A stretch of DNA of 64,000 nt from the NCBI GenBank assembly GCA_041658665.1, contig JBAZZR010000001.1, positions 384,576-448,575 on the forward strand. Reading direction: 5' to 3'. The notes under the pieces were generated by a model. The model did not search any database. It was not told where the DNA came from and was given only the letters and a program-made list of their open reading frames with translations. Every line of letters starts with the position of its first letter. Positions within the stretch are counted from its first letter, which is position 1. This DNA is from Patescibacteria group bacterium. GTDB taxonomy: Bacteria > Patescibacteriota > Patescibacteriia > Patescibacteriales > UBA12465. The translations under genes and the position numbers were made by a program. Below, in pieces: positions 57,101 to 64,000 of the stretch.

Positions 57101-57802
57101 CAAGGTAATGAGTCTGGCGATACTTTAGTCGTTAATGGTGCTGATACTACATTATCATCTGGTGAAATTGGTTATGATAATGATAACGATGGCACGATTA
57201 CTTCTTCTGGTACAGAAACTGGTGTTTCTAAGAAGTTAGGTATCTTAGCTTCTAGACTATCTAGCGCTGCTTTAGTTTCTAGTGCTAGTGGTACTACTGT
57301 TGCTACTAAGATTTATAGTGGACAAGCTGCTAACGCTGCTATCATTCAGGTAACGGCCGATGCTTCTACCAACAGCCAAGCTAATGGCGATGCAATTAAG
57401 ACCTACTTAAATTCAATTAAGGTTAAGGTTTCAACTAGCACCACTGTTACCTTATTAACCGCCACTTTAGAAAGAATTGGCGGCACTGCGGTAGCGACAA
57501 GCTCGGATTCTATTACTCCTGGTGGTCCAGCTTATGTAAGATTTAGTGGTTTATCTGGTTCTGACTACGAAGTTGCTCCAGGTGCGACTGCTTCCTTCTT
57601 AGTAAAGGTTGTTCCAACCTTCACTACGGCTGTAGCTGGGGATTCCTCAATTAATGTTAGCCTTGATAAGTTAGATGGTACCGCTGGTACTACTGATGCT
57701 TCTGGCGCTAACTTTACCTTTAAGGATTCCAGCACTGCTTCCGCTAAATTCCCTCTAAGATTGAGTGGGTCTACGGTAGACGGTGTGACTATTAGTAACT
57801 AA
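54113..57802 (+). CDS. Giant secreted surface protein (S-layer/adhesin-like, Ig-like repeat rich)
   Basis: 1,229 aa from ATG 54113. Signal peptide MKKLRKFLVVSVMVLSVLGMSFPFGASVQA/AAS. Three N-terminal repeats of about 55 aa with a (P/S)AVYY motif. The long Thr/Ser/Val-rich, Cys-free beta-type remainder has recurring LKLxxxG.. domain starts. Confidence 0.75.
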   Translation: MKKLRKFLVVSVMVLSVLGMSFPFGASVQAAASTGDLIKMAGHPAVYYMGANSKIYVFPNEVTYFTWYKDFSGVITVPTAELQSYTMSGNVTMRPGTKLVKNTLSPAVYAIEPNGVAKKIQSEAQAVALYGSAWGKRIVTLPDSFFTNYAVGDQLPLGNIPVGSLVKNADSSAVYYYDGSNYRLISEAAMTANRFIASNVLTVSTTITAGGSNVTSAEFVDVSQKGGTVPGPVSTGSGLMVSLNSATPAANNVPQNTSIEMLKLNLTASNDGDISISGIKLSAAGLGTASEIDQVTVYNNGVKLASSKDIDSNKVAQISFTNALLVTRGSTVTLSVKAKITGTGHYALQVEKASDISAPGVNITGAFPVKGNEATGVNVTVGGLTIDDDGSLSDVKLGDQQATLAKFKATVDGVEDITLSSITLKKDSVSTASDASFENLKLYMDGSVVATSNGISSRYVTFNFTTPVTILKNNNKRFVVKGDVVDGAAKTLMLVLDSVTDVNAVGSHYGYSSLVTNTLAGDSVLINAGAFTIEKVNAPNDKIKKDTTDVEFGTFKVTANSGKNVEMSRFKLSVLTTNDNQGAASAFTYIENLELYNKTTNTVYDLAYESGSATKIYSNTSLGFVMTSGVTYELVVRADVKATATVEDYTPSIASAYTSSSVQDVTLKETGNDTLISDITPNSVSLKKVTVQVPAVTFSKNALSAAYNSVVGSSDVEIINFNVKAGESSAVKMTELKFVDTVADNGTPNSITNAVVSEFKLWKDSTLLKTVSASQLSSEEITFADLAEVIPANTTVVYKVTTSLVKDSNLNTNTLNYRLSGYSVEDTDKGGAVYDAVAENVSANGVVAAGETGETSLASARTVTFVGTGALYVSMDNTDTATNKDVYSVANATTGSVAALKLRAQNEPIKVTKLTITGSADLNGKVTELALYDGTTLVGSTNVISTDSVIDISGDNLVVPITSKNYYLKATLAKIGKDATGSLDQDITFKVKSIEAQGNESGDTLVVNGADTTLSSGEIGYDNDNDGTITSSGTETGVSKKLGILASRLSSAALVSSASGTTVATKIYSGQAANAAIIQVTADASTNSQANGDAIKTYLNSIKVKVSTSTTVTLLTATLERIGGTAVATSSDSITPGGPAYVRFSGLSGSDYEVAPGATASFLVKVVPTFTTAVAGDSSINVSLDKLDGTAGTTDASGANFTFKDSSTASAKFPLRLSGSTVDGVTISN

Positions 57803-57844
57803 TAGTTCCCAAACAGTTTTCTCAATTTTCTTTAATAAATTGAC

Positions 57845-57874
57845 AAAAAAGAGCCCCCGTCAGGGGGCTCTTTT
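57845..57874 (+). terminator. Strong intrinsic terminator
   Basis: AGAGCCCCC-GTCA-GGGGGCTCT hairpin followed by TTT. Confidence 0.85.
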
Positions 57875-57929
57875 AGTTTAGTTTAAAGCGGGTTTTGCAG
57901 ATAACTTTAATTATGCAACAGGGCATAAC

Positions 57930-57958
57930 TTTTCAATCGGTCAGAAAAATGCTATAAT
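57930..57958 (+). promoter_or_regulatory. Promoter for the ferritin gene
   Basis: TTTTCA, 17-nt spacer, TATAAT (with TGC in front). Confidence 0.5.
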
Positions 57959-57965
57959 AAATTAC

Positions 57966-57980
57966 CTAGCTATTAGCTAG
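57966..57980. promoter_or_regulatory. 15-bp perfect palindrome (candidate metalloregulator operator)
   Basis: CTAGCTA-T-TAGCTAG, 8 nt downstream of the -10 element. Confidence 0.4.
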
Positions 57981-58007
57981 TCTAATTTATTTAAATAAAT
58001 AAAATAT

Positions 58008-58526
58008 ATGAATGAAAAAATAAGGAATATTCTTAATGAACAGATTAAAGAAGAATTTTATTCCGCTTATTTTTATTTAGCTTTAGCGGCTAAACTAGAG
58101 AAGTTAAATTTACGCGGTATGGCCAATTGGTTATATATTCAAGCTAAGGAAGAAAATGACCATGCCTTAGGTTTATTTAAATTTCTAGTTGAACGCGGGG
58201 AAGAACCAGAGCTCTTAGCCCTCGCTCAGCCCGCCATGTCAGGCATTAAAACCGCTAGTGATATTTTCCAAGCCGGTTTGAAGCATGAGCGCTATATCAC
58301 CACCCGTATTTATGGTATTTTAGAAGCGGCACGCGAAGCTAAAGATTATGCGTTAGAGTCTTTTATTAAATGGTATATTGATGAACAAGTTGAGGAAGAG
58401 GCTCAGGCCACGGAAATTATTGAAAAACTAAAGTTAATTGGTCAAGATGGTTCCGCTCTTTATCTGTTAGATCAGGAGTTAGCTAAACGGACGTATTTGC
58501 CTTCCGGTCCTTATGCGGCGGCTTAA
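58008..58526 (+). CDS. ftn: Ferritin (non-heme, Ftn-type)
   Basis: 172 aa. EEFYSAYFYLALAA, EENDHA and ..HE.. ferroxidase-centre pattern. Confidence 0.85.
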   Translation: MNEKIRNILNEQIKEEFYSAYFYLALAAKLEKLNLRGMANWLYIQAKEENDHALGLFKFLVERGEEPELLALAQPAMSGIKTASDIFQAGLKHERYITTRIYGILEAAREAKDYALESFIKWYIDEQVEEEAQATEIIEKLKLIGQDGSALYLLDQELAKRTYLPSGPYAAA

Positions 58527-58625
58527 TTAATCTTTAATTTTTAGTGGAAACTATAAGCGTCGACAAACAATCGGCGCTTATGTTATAATTTAGGTTAATA
58601 ATTGTCTTATTTGTTTTAAAAATTT

Positions 58626-60896
58626 ATGCCAGCTAAAATTTATCGTTTAGTCTTACAAAGCGGACTAATCGTTTCGCTTTTGATTGTTTTTCTGGTTTTT
58701 AAGGATTTGCTTTTTCCTTATATAACCTCTAAGCAGTTAACTTTTAATGTCCTAATGGAGTTTTTGGGCGTAGTCTGGTTGAACTTTATCTTAGTTTACC
58801 CGGAATATCGGCCCAAGAAAAACTTGGTCACTTTTGGTTTAATCGCTTATTTCTTGGCGATATTAATGTCCTGCGCGGTGAGCGTTAATTTTACCTTGAG
58901 TTTTTGGGGAAATGCCGAGAGGATGCTTGGGCTTTTTCACCTTCTACACTTTTTAATATTTTATTTAATTCTTATTACGGTTTTTCGCAGCTGGCGAGAG
59001 TGGCGCACTCTTTTATTTTCTTCAGTCGGGGTGGCTACAGTAGTCAGTCTGATTGGTCTTTATTCGGCGGAAACTTATGCCACCATTGGTAATACCGCTT
59101 ATGTTAGTGGTTACTTGATTTTTAATTTATTTTTTCTATTAATTCTTTTTTTCCGTTCGGAAAATAAAGCGGCTCGTTGGTTTTATGCTATTCCGGTCTT
59201 AATCATGTTAATAGAATTTTGGCGTTGTCATACTTCAGGCGCGATTATTGGTTTGTTTATTAGTATTTTATTTTTTTTCTTTCTATTAGGTCTATTTCAT
59301 AAACATCGGATCTGGCGTCGAACTGCTTTAATTTTGGCGGGATCGTTAATTATTATTGTTATCGCTATCTTTTCTCAGCATCAGGCCGCTTGGTTTCAAA
59401 ATAGTTTTTTGCGAAGTTTAACTTTTCAAAAGAATACTTTTCAGACTCGCTTAATCTCCTGGAAAAGCGCCGCCGCTGATTTTAAGAGTCATCCTATTTT
59501 TGGCACCGGTTTTGGTAACTATGCGATTACTTTCGATAAGTATTTTGATCCTAAATTTTTGAATTATTCTCGTTCGGAAACTTATTTTGATCGCGCCCAT
59601 AATAATCTTATTGATATTACCTCAACTACGGGCGTAGTCGGTTTAGTGACTTATTTAAGTATTTTTATCGTTGTTTTAGGTTATCTTTGGAAAAAATTCA
59701 AAAACGGGGGAGCTTATATTGGGACAGGAGAAGAAATTGCTCTGCGTAATCTGGAAATTTTAATTGTCGTTTCTCTACTAGTTGCTTATTTTATTCAAAA
59801 TTTGGCGGTTTTTGATTCCTATGTCACCTACATAGGTTTAATGATAATTTTAGGATTTACGGTTTGGTTAGTCCAGGATAAAGCCGGGGAAGATAATAAA
59901 GAAGAGGGGGAATTAGTACCCTCAACCTTTAGACTGGCTAAAGATTGGGAGTGGTGGTCGCTCATTATTTTATTGATTATTTTTTATATTTTTACTAGCT
60001 ATGTTAACTTTCGCCCTTGGCGGATGTTCCAGGGAGTGATTTCCGGCTATGGTAGTATTGTCAACCAGCAACTCGCGACCGGAGTATTAACTTATCAGGA
60101 GGCTTTAGTCGATACTCCTTTAGACCATGATGGGCGAGTTACTTTAATTAATTTGGTGGCTTCTAATCCGGGTATGTTAGATCAATTTTCTCAAGATCAG
60201 GCTCAATTAGTTTTAGAGTACGCGATATCTTTGGCCCAAAAGAATTTAGATACTAATCCGAATGATAGTTTAATGCAGATGCAACTTGCCCAAATTTTGG
60301 ATACCGCGGCTCGATATAATTATCAGAATTTAACTAAATTTAACGAGTATTCTCGACAGGCTCTAATAGCCATTGATCGCTCGATTGAGGCTAGTCCGGG
60401 GCGACCACCAGTATACTTAATAAAAGCTCAGATGCTTTTACTGCGGGGAGAAAAAGAGGAAGCGATTAAGACGGTTGATCAAGCCATTAATTTGAATCCA
60501 GTCTTTCCTGATGGCTATTGCCGTTTAGCGCAATTTTATCTTTTTTTGAAAGAGGAAAAAAAGATTATTGAACCCTTGAATAAATGTCTTGATTTAGATG
60601 GTATTAGTAGCCTTAATTCTGGATCGTTATTAACTCAATTTATGGGTTATTATACGGGGAGTAATGATTATGCTCGCGCTCTTAAGATCGCTAAACAATT
60701 AGCGTCAGTCTATAGTTCTGAGCCGCAAATTTTATTTGATTTAGCGAAGCTTTATTTAATTTCCGGCGATGTTAAGGCGGCGCAAGAGGCCGCCGACCGA
60801 TTTATTGTTTTAGATAAGACTTTAGAGAAAGAATGGCTTAATTTTGTTAAGACGGTTGAAGGCACTAAAACTCCAACCAGTTCGGTATTGAAATAG
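58626..60896 (+). CDS. O-antigen ligase (Wzy_C)-like polytopic membrane protein fused to a C-terminal TPR domain
   Basis: 756 aa with about 12 TM helices. Loop motif HTSGAIIG... and AHNNLIDI. The C-terminal 300 aa or so are TPR-like helical repeats. Confidence 0.75.
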   Translation: MPAKIYRLVLQSGLIVSLLIVFLVFKDLLFPYITSKQLTFNVLMEFLGVVWLNFILVYPEYRPKKNLVTFGLIAYFLAILMSCAVSVNFTLSFWGNAERMLGLFHLLHFLIFYLILITVFRSWREWRTLLFSSVGVATVVSLIGLYSAETYATIGNTAYVSGYLIFNLFFLLILFFRSENKAARWFYAIPVLIMLIEFWRCHTSGAIIGLFISILFFFFLLGLFHKHRIWRRTALILAGSLIIIVIAIFSQHQAAWFQNSFLRSLTFQKNTFQTRLISWKSAAADFKSHPIFGTGFGNYAITFDKYFDPKFLNYSRSETYFDRAHNNLIDITSTTGVVGLVTYLSIFIVVLGYLWKKFKNGGAYIGTGEEIALRNLEILIVVSLLVAYFIQNLAVFDSYVTYIGLMIILGFTVWLVQDKAGEDNKEEGELVPSTFRLAKDWEWWSLIILLIIFYIFTSYVNFRPWRMFQGVISGYGSIVNQQLATGVLTYQEALVDTPLDHDGRVTLINLVASNPGMLDQFSQDQAQLVLEYAISLAQKNLDTNPNDSLMQMQLAQILDTAARYNYQNLTKFNEYSRQALIAIDRSIEASPGRPPVYLIKAQMLLLRGEKEEAIKTVDQAINLNPVFPDGYCRLAQFYLFLKEEKKIIEPLNKCLDLDGISSLNSGSLLTQFMGYYTGSNDYARALKIAKQLASVYSSEPQILFDLAKLYLISGDVKAAQEAADRFIVLDKTLEKEWLNFVKTVEGTKTPTSSVLK

Positions 60897-60954
60897 GGTT
60901 TAGGGAATTTTTTTAAAGAGTCCGCTAAAATTTATTAGCTAAATAGTTTTTAGA

Positions 60955-60987
60955 CAAAAATCAGACCTTACGGTCTGATTTTTTTAA
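60955..60987 (+). terminator. Intrinsic terminator
   Basis: ATCAGACC-TTAC-GGTCTGAT hairpin followed by TTTTTTT. Confidence 0.85.
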
Positions 60988-61125
60988 ATCGCGACTTCTC
61001 CTTTATTCATTAGGTTTTTTGTTCTTAAGCCGCTAAGAAAAGCTTAATAAAATTTTAAGTTCCCCTCAGCCTAGTTTTGCTATAGTTAAATAGTAATTCT
61101 AGATTTCGTTTATTTATTAAACCGA

Positions 61126-62055
61126 ATGTTAATTAAGTCAAATTTTATGTCGATAATCAAAGTAAAATTAACTAGGCTGATTAGTTATTTAAAAAATCTA
61201 GGGCAGAAAAATCGCCAGTTTAAAAAACGGCTAGGATATGGGTTAGGAATATTGGTTCTATTTCTGATGGCTTATTATTTATTAGCTCTCTTAGTCGTCA
61301 GTCCGGCTGAAGTTAATTTACTCCGGCTGAAAGAGGACACGACTTATCATAAAATTTGTCATGAAACTTGTCTCCTCGCTAGAACTACTTTAGAAAAAGA
61401 AATTGCGGATGAGTTAAAAAAGGGCGGTTCCTCCAATCTGCCGAGCGTTTTACAGAAATATTTTAGTGATTCTTCGCAAGATCTTAATTTTCGGCAAGAA
61501 ATACTTAAAATTTTAAGTTTAGCGCGGGGGACTGATAACCCGCCTGATTATTTGAAGATTTACTTTAATGATTCAAAAAATCCGGTAGAGTTACGAACCA
61601 AAATTTTAGAGTTATTTAGTTTAAATAGTTTAATCAAGTCGGAAACTAGTGGCGCTAATTTAAATAAAATTGAGCCGCTTAATGTCTATTTTAAATTATT
61701 AGAAAAAGAAGACAATTGGTTGTTGCAAGAAAAAGCTATTCAGGCTATTAGCAGCGACCACGATAAAGCCAATAACTTTACGGAGAGTCAACTTCTCATA
61801 ATTAAAAGAATTGTGCGGGATAGAAGTTCTGCACCGCGTTTGCGTTCGGCGCTGGCTATGCTTTTAAGTGATTATTATCCATTCTTTCCTAGTTTAACTA
61901 GAGAAATTTTAGAATTAATTTATCAAGATTTTTCTACTGATGCTATTAGTCGTTATTTTGCCGCGGATATTTTAAATCGTTTAGAAGTAGGACCAGCTAG
62001 TCGCCTGCTACCGGAAATTAGCGAAGAGGCTTGGCAAAATTATTATAATTATTAA
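61126..62055 (+). CDS. Membrane-anchored helical-repeat protein, function unknown
   Basis: 309 aa. One TM helix (GYGLGILVLFLMAYYLLALLVV), then an alpha-helical HEAT-like region. Confidence 0.5.
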   Translation: MLIKSNFMSIIKVKLTRLISYLKNLGQKNRQFKKRLGYGLGILVLFLMAYYLLALLVVSPAEVNLLRLKEDTTYHKICHETCLLARTTLEKEIADELKKGGSSNLPSVLQKYFSDSSQDLNFRQEILKILSLARGTDNPPDYLKIYFNDSKNPVELRTKILELFSLNSLIKSETSGANLNKIEPLNVYFKLLEKEDNWLLQEKAIQAISSDHDKANNFTESQLLIIKRIVRDRSSAPRLRSALAMLLSDYYPFFPSLTREILELIYQDFSTDAISRYFAADILNRLEVGPASRLLPEISEEAWQNYYNY

Positions 62056-62093
62056 AAAATTTATTATTAAATTTTTTAGATTAATTGTGTTTT

Positions 62094-64000
62094 ATGAAGG
62101 TAAAAATATCTATTAAAATTTTGTTTATTAGTGGGTTAATTGGTGGCGCGCTGATGCCTAGTTTTTGTTTAGCCATGTCGCCCGGTACGCTTTTATTTCG
62201 GACTTCGCAAGATGCTAAGATGTATGGGTATAGCGCCGATCCCTTAATTTATGCGGAGAAGGGGATTGTAAAAAATATTTATTCCGGGCATGTGGGAGTT
62301 TATATCGGGCGAGAAAACGGTGTCGACTATATTGTTGAAGCTATGGGGGGAGGGATAGTTAAGACGCCCGCTAAGTATTTTGTGAACCGCGCTGAAGGCG
62401 AAACTTTTTTAGGCGCCCGACTGCCACGAGGCGTCACCCACTCGCAACAAGCTAAAGTAGTCGCTTTAGCTAAAAGCTTGGTTAGCCATAGCTTAGCTTA
62501 TGATTTTGATTTTAAACATCAAAAAGGGCCAGGGAGCGGCGAATGGACTTGCGTCGGTTTGACGGAAAAACTTTATGAAAGCGCTAATATTTCTAACCCC
62601 AATAATCTCGCCTCCTTAGAATACGAACCAGCTTATTATGCAATTAATATTACGCCGGATGGTTTTGATAATAAAAGTGTGGTAAATGCAGCCGGTGATT
62701 GTTTTTCCCGTAATCAAGAATTTTCTAAAATCGCTCGCCGCCGCGATTTAATAATTCCCGCTCCGGAGTTATTAGGTTTTGACGTGGGTTTAGAGTATCA
62801 AGGCGACCGTTATGTCTTTTTGCCTTATACTCAGTTTTTGCAACCAAGTTTAGATAGTGTGCCGACTGATATCACTATTGCCTCTTCTTTTTCCGGTAAT
62901 GAAATTCGTGGGCCGATCAATACTAAGATGTTAGTTTTGCGCTGGAGTTTAGTTAATAATCCGATTTCTTCCTTTAAAATAATAGTGGGCGGTTTTAAAG
63001 ATCTTAGTTCAGCCCTACTAATTAAATCTAAAGAATTGGCTAATAATTTGAGCCAAAAATTTTTTAATTCGGATAAGTCTGACGTTGTTTTACTCAGCGA
63101 TGAGGAAAATGAAAAAAACGTTGCCTGGTCTGATAGTTTAGCTAAATCCCCAACAGCCACTACTAGTCCGCGCATCGCTTTGGTTAATAAAGCTGAGCCG
63201 GGGAAAAATATTGTCTCGCCAGTGAGTCAAACCATTAAAGCAACAACAACGCCAGTAGCGTCAGTAAAAATTAGTACCTCGACTGTTAAGGTCCGACCCA
63301 TTGTTAAAAATCAAGCGGCTAGTACCACTAAAATAATTAGTTCTTCTGCGGCCGCTAGTTCGTCCGCTAGCCAAGCTTCTTCTTCGATTCTTCACCGCTC
63401 TAATTCTTCGCCTAGTTCAGTTAGTAATTCGATTGGACAAAATAAGGTTAATACTAATTTGAATATTTCAACGAGCGCGGCGACTAGTCTCGAGCAACCA
63501 AATAACTTAGCTTTAATTAATAAAATCTATAGTACGGCGGATAATTATTGGGTAGAATTATATAATCCGACTGATCATGATTTTGATTTAGCCGCCGCTG
63601 GTTATCGTCTAGAAAAAACTAAAACCGCGGCCGATCCTAGTTTAATTATTCGTATTGGTAATTCTAGTGATGCTTCTTATCCGGGCGGCACAATAATTAA
63701 GGCGCATGGAAAATATTTAATTGTTGCCAGTGATGCTAAAGATTTTTATCGTAATAAGGCGGATGCTTTAGTCTCGCGCAATGATTTTTCTTGGACCGGT
63801 TCCGGTTATACTCTTTATTTAGGTAATGGAGCGATAAGCTCAAGTATCGATTCAAATATTATTGAGGCAGTTGGTTTTGGCTCCCAAGCTAATTATTTCG
63901 AAGGAACGGGTCCAGCGCCGGAAATAAAAGATAATTATATTTTAAATCGCATTGCGACTTCTGGTAACAATAATTCAGATTTTAATTTAATCGCCTCCGA
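62094..64000 (+). CDS. Secreted protein, 3'-truncated by the window end: YiiX-like permuted papain/NlpC-P60 domain, Ser/Thr-rich linker, lamin-tail (LTD)-like domain
   Basis: Open frame from ATG 62094 to the window end; absent from the track because it has no stop. Signal peptide. GHVGVYIG and GEWTCVGL (His/Cys) motifs. Low-complexity S/T region. NKIYSTADNYWVELYNPTDHDFDL is typical of LTD domains. Confidence 0.7.
   Translation, partial: MKVKISIKILFISGLIGGALMPSFCLAMSPGTLLFRTSQDAKMYGYSADPLIYAEKGIVKNIYSGHVGVYIGRENGVDYIVEAMGGGIVKTPAKYFVNRAEGETFLGARLPRGVTHSQQAKVVALAKSLVSHSLAYDFDFKHQKGPGSGEWTCVGLTEKLYESANISNPNNLASLEYEPAYYAINITPDGFDNKSVVNAAGDCFSRNQEFSKIARRRDLIIPAPELLGFDVGLEYQGDRYVFLPYTQFLQPSLDSVPTDITIASSFSGNEIRGPINTKMLVLRWSLVNNPISSFKIIVGGFKDLSSALLIKSKELANNLSQKFFNSDKSDVVLLSDEENEKNVAWSDSLAKSPTATTSPRIALVNKAEPGKNIVSPVSQTIKATTTPVASVKISTSTVKVRPIVKNQAASTTKIISSSAAASSSASQASSSILHRSNSSPSSVSNSIGQNKVNTNLNISTSAATSLEQPNNLALINKIYSTADNYWVELYNPTDHDFDLAAAGYRLEKTKTAADPSLIIRIGNSSDASYPGGTIIKAHGKYLIVASDAKDFYRNKADALVSRNDFSWTGSGYTLYLGNGAISSSIDSNIIEAVGFGSQANYFEGTGPAPEIKDNYILNRIATSGNNNSDFNLIAS

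Noticed and set aside
2670-63175. Minus-strand ORFs of 60-134 aa nested antisense inside long + strand genes: 2670-2891, 4902-5090, 13793-13996, 16312-16506, 16766-17005, 17583-17879, 18882-19067, 19521-19703, 21411-21668, 23628-23846, 23979-24203, 32328-32537, 32665-32880, 33235-33444, 34108-34374, 35297-35584, 47013-47204, 47541-47765, 51061-51273, 52360-52596, 55309-55611, 55642-55875, 56230-56496, 62831-63175.
   Set aside because: Almost all lie fully inside a better-supported gene with recognisable motifs on the other strand. 17583-17879 and 23979-24203 only partly overlap a gene; the rest of each lies in intergenic sequence. Their translations are low-complexity and have no motifs. They are treated as chance antisense frames.
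1-64000. Alternative genetic code (UGA=Gly, code 25) as in some CPR lineages.
   Set aside because: TGA ends well-supported genes. One example is the GtrA-like gene at 7827-7829, with an ATGA overlap to the next start. Known proteins have normal lengths under code 11.

Overview
The window looks like a low-GC, compact bacterial genome that uses the standard code: TGA, TAA and TAG all end well-supported genes. Gene content suggests a Patescibacteria/CPR-type organism (inference): short archaeal-type AspRS, many small membrane or orphan proteins, and a giant surface protein. Almost all genes are on the + strand.

Three blocks are visible.

1. 1-11.4 kb, core housekeeping: ruvX, recO, aspS, asnS, scpA, scpB, a D-Ala-D-Ala carboxypeptidase, dnaG, rpoD.
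2. 11.5-30.6 kb, accessory region. It starts at a tRNA-Asn(GUU) gene split by a 231-nt ORF-less group I intron. Behind it lies a visibly more AT-rich array of about 25 mostly monocistronic + strand genes. These include Nudix, Fic, TspO, a CrtI-like oxidoreductase, an ECF sigma module, a histidine phosphatase, four orphan proteins and cfa.
3. 30.7-64 kb, core again: MacAB-like efflux operon, greA, typA, lemA/TPM, rlmH, a double ATP-grasp ligase with a FemAB/CelD-like GNAT, HU, an ECF sigma/anti-sigma pair in front of a 1,229-aa surface protein, ferritin, an O-antigen-ligase/TPR protein, and a truncated secreted papain-like/LTD protein.

The accessory genes are separated by decaying copies of the tRNA 3' end plus its terminator hairpin. 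Several are driven by a near-identical promoter/leader module.

The items most worth follow-up are:
- the intron-containing tRNA-Asn;
- the repeated tRNA-3'-end/terminator junction modules, with no recombinase in the window;
- a GC-rich structured element directly behind the tRNA;
- the reiterated promoter module and the orphan genes it drives;
- a 26-bp inverted-repeat pair bracketing a small ORF;
- the roughly 0.5-kb structured leader of the surface-protein gene.

All similarity statements are by-eye alignments or motif recollection. No database search was run.
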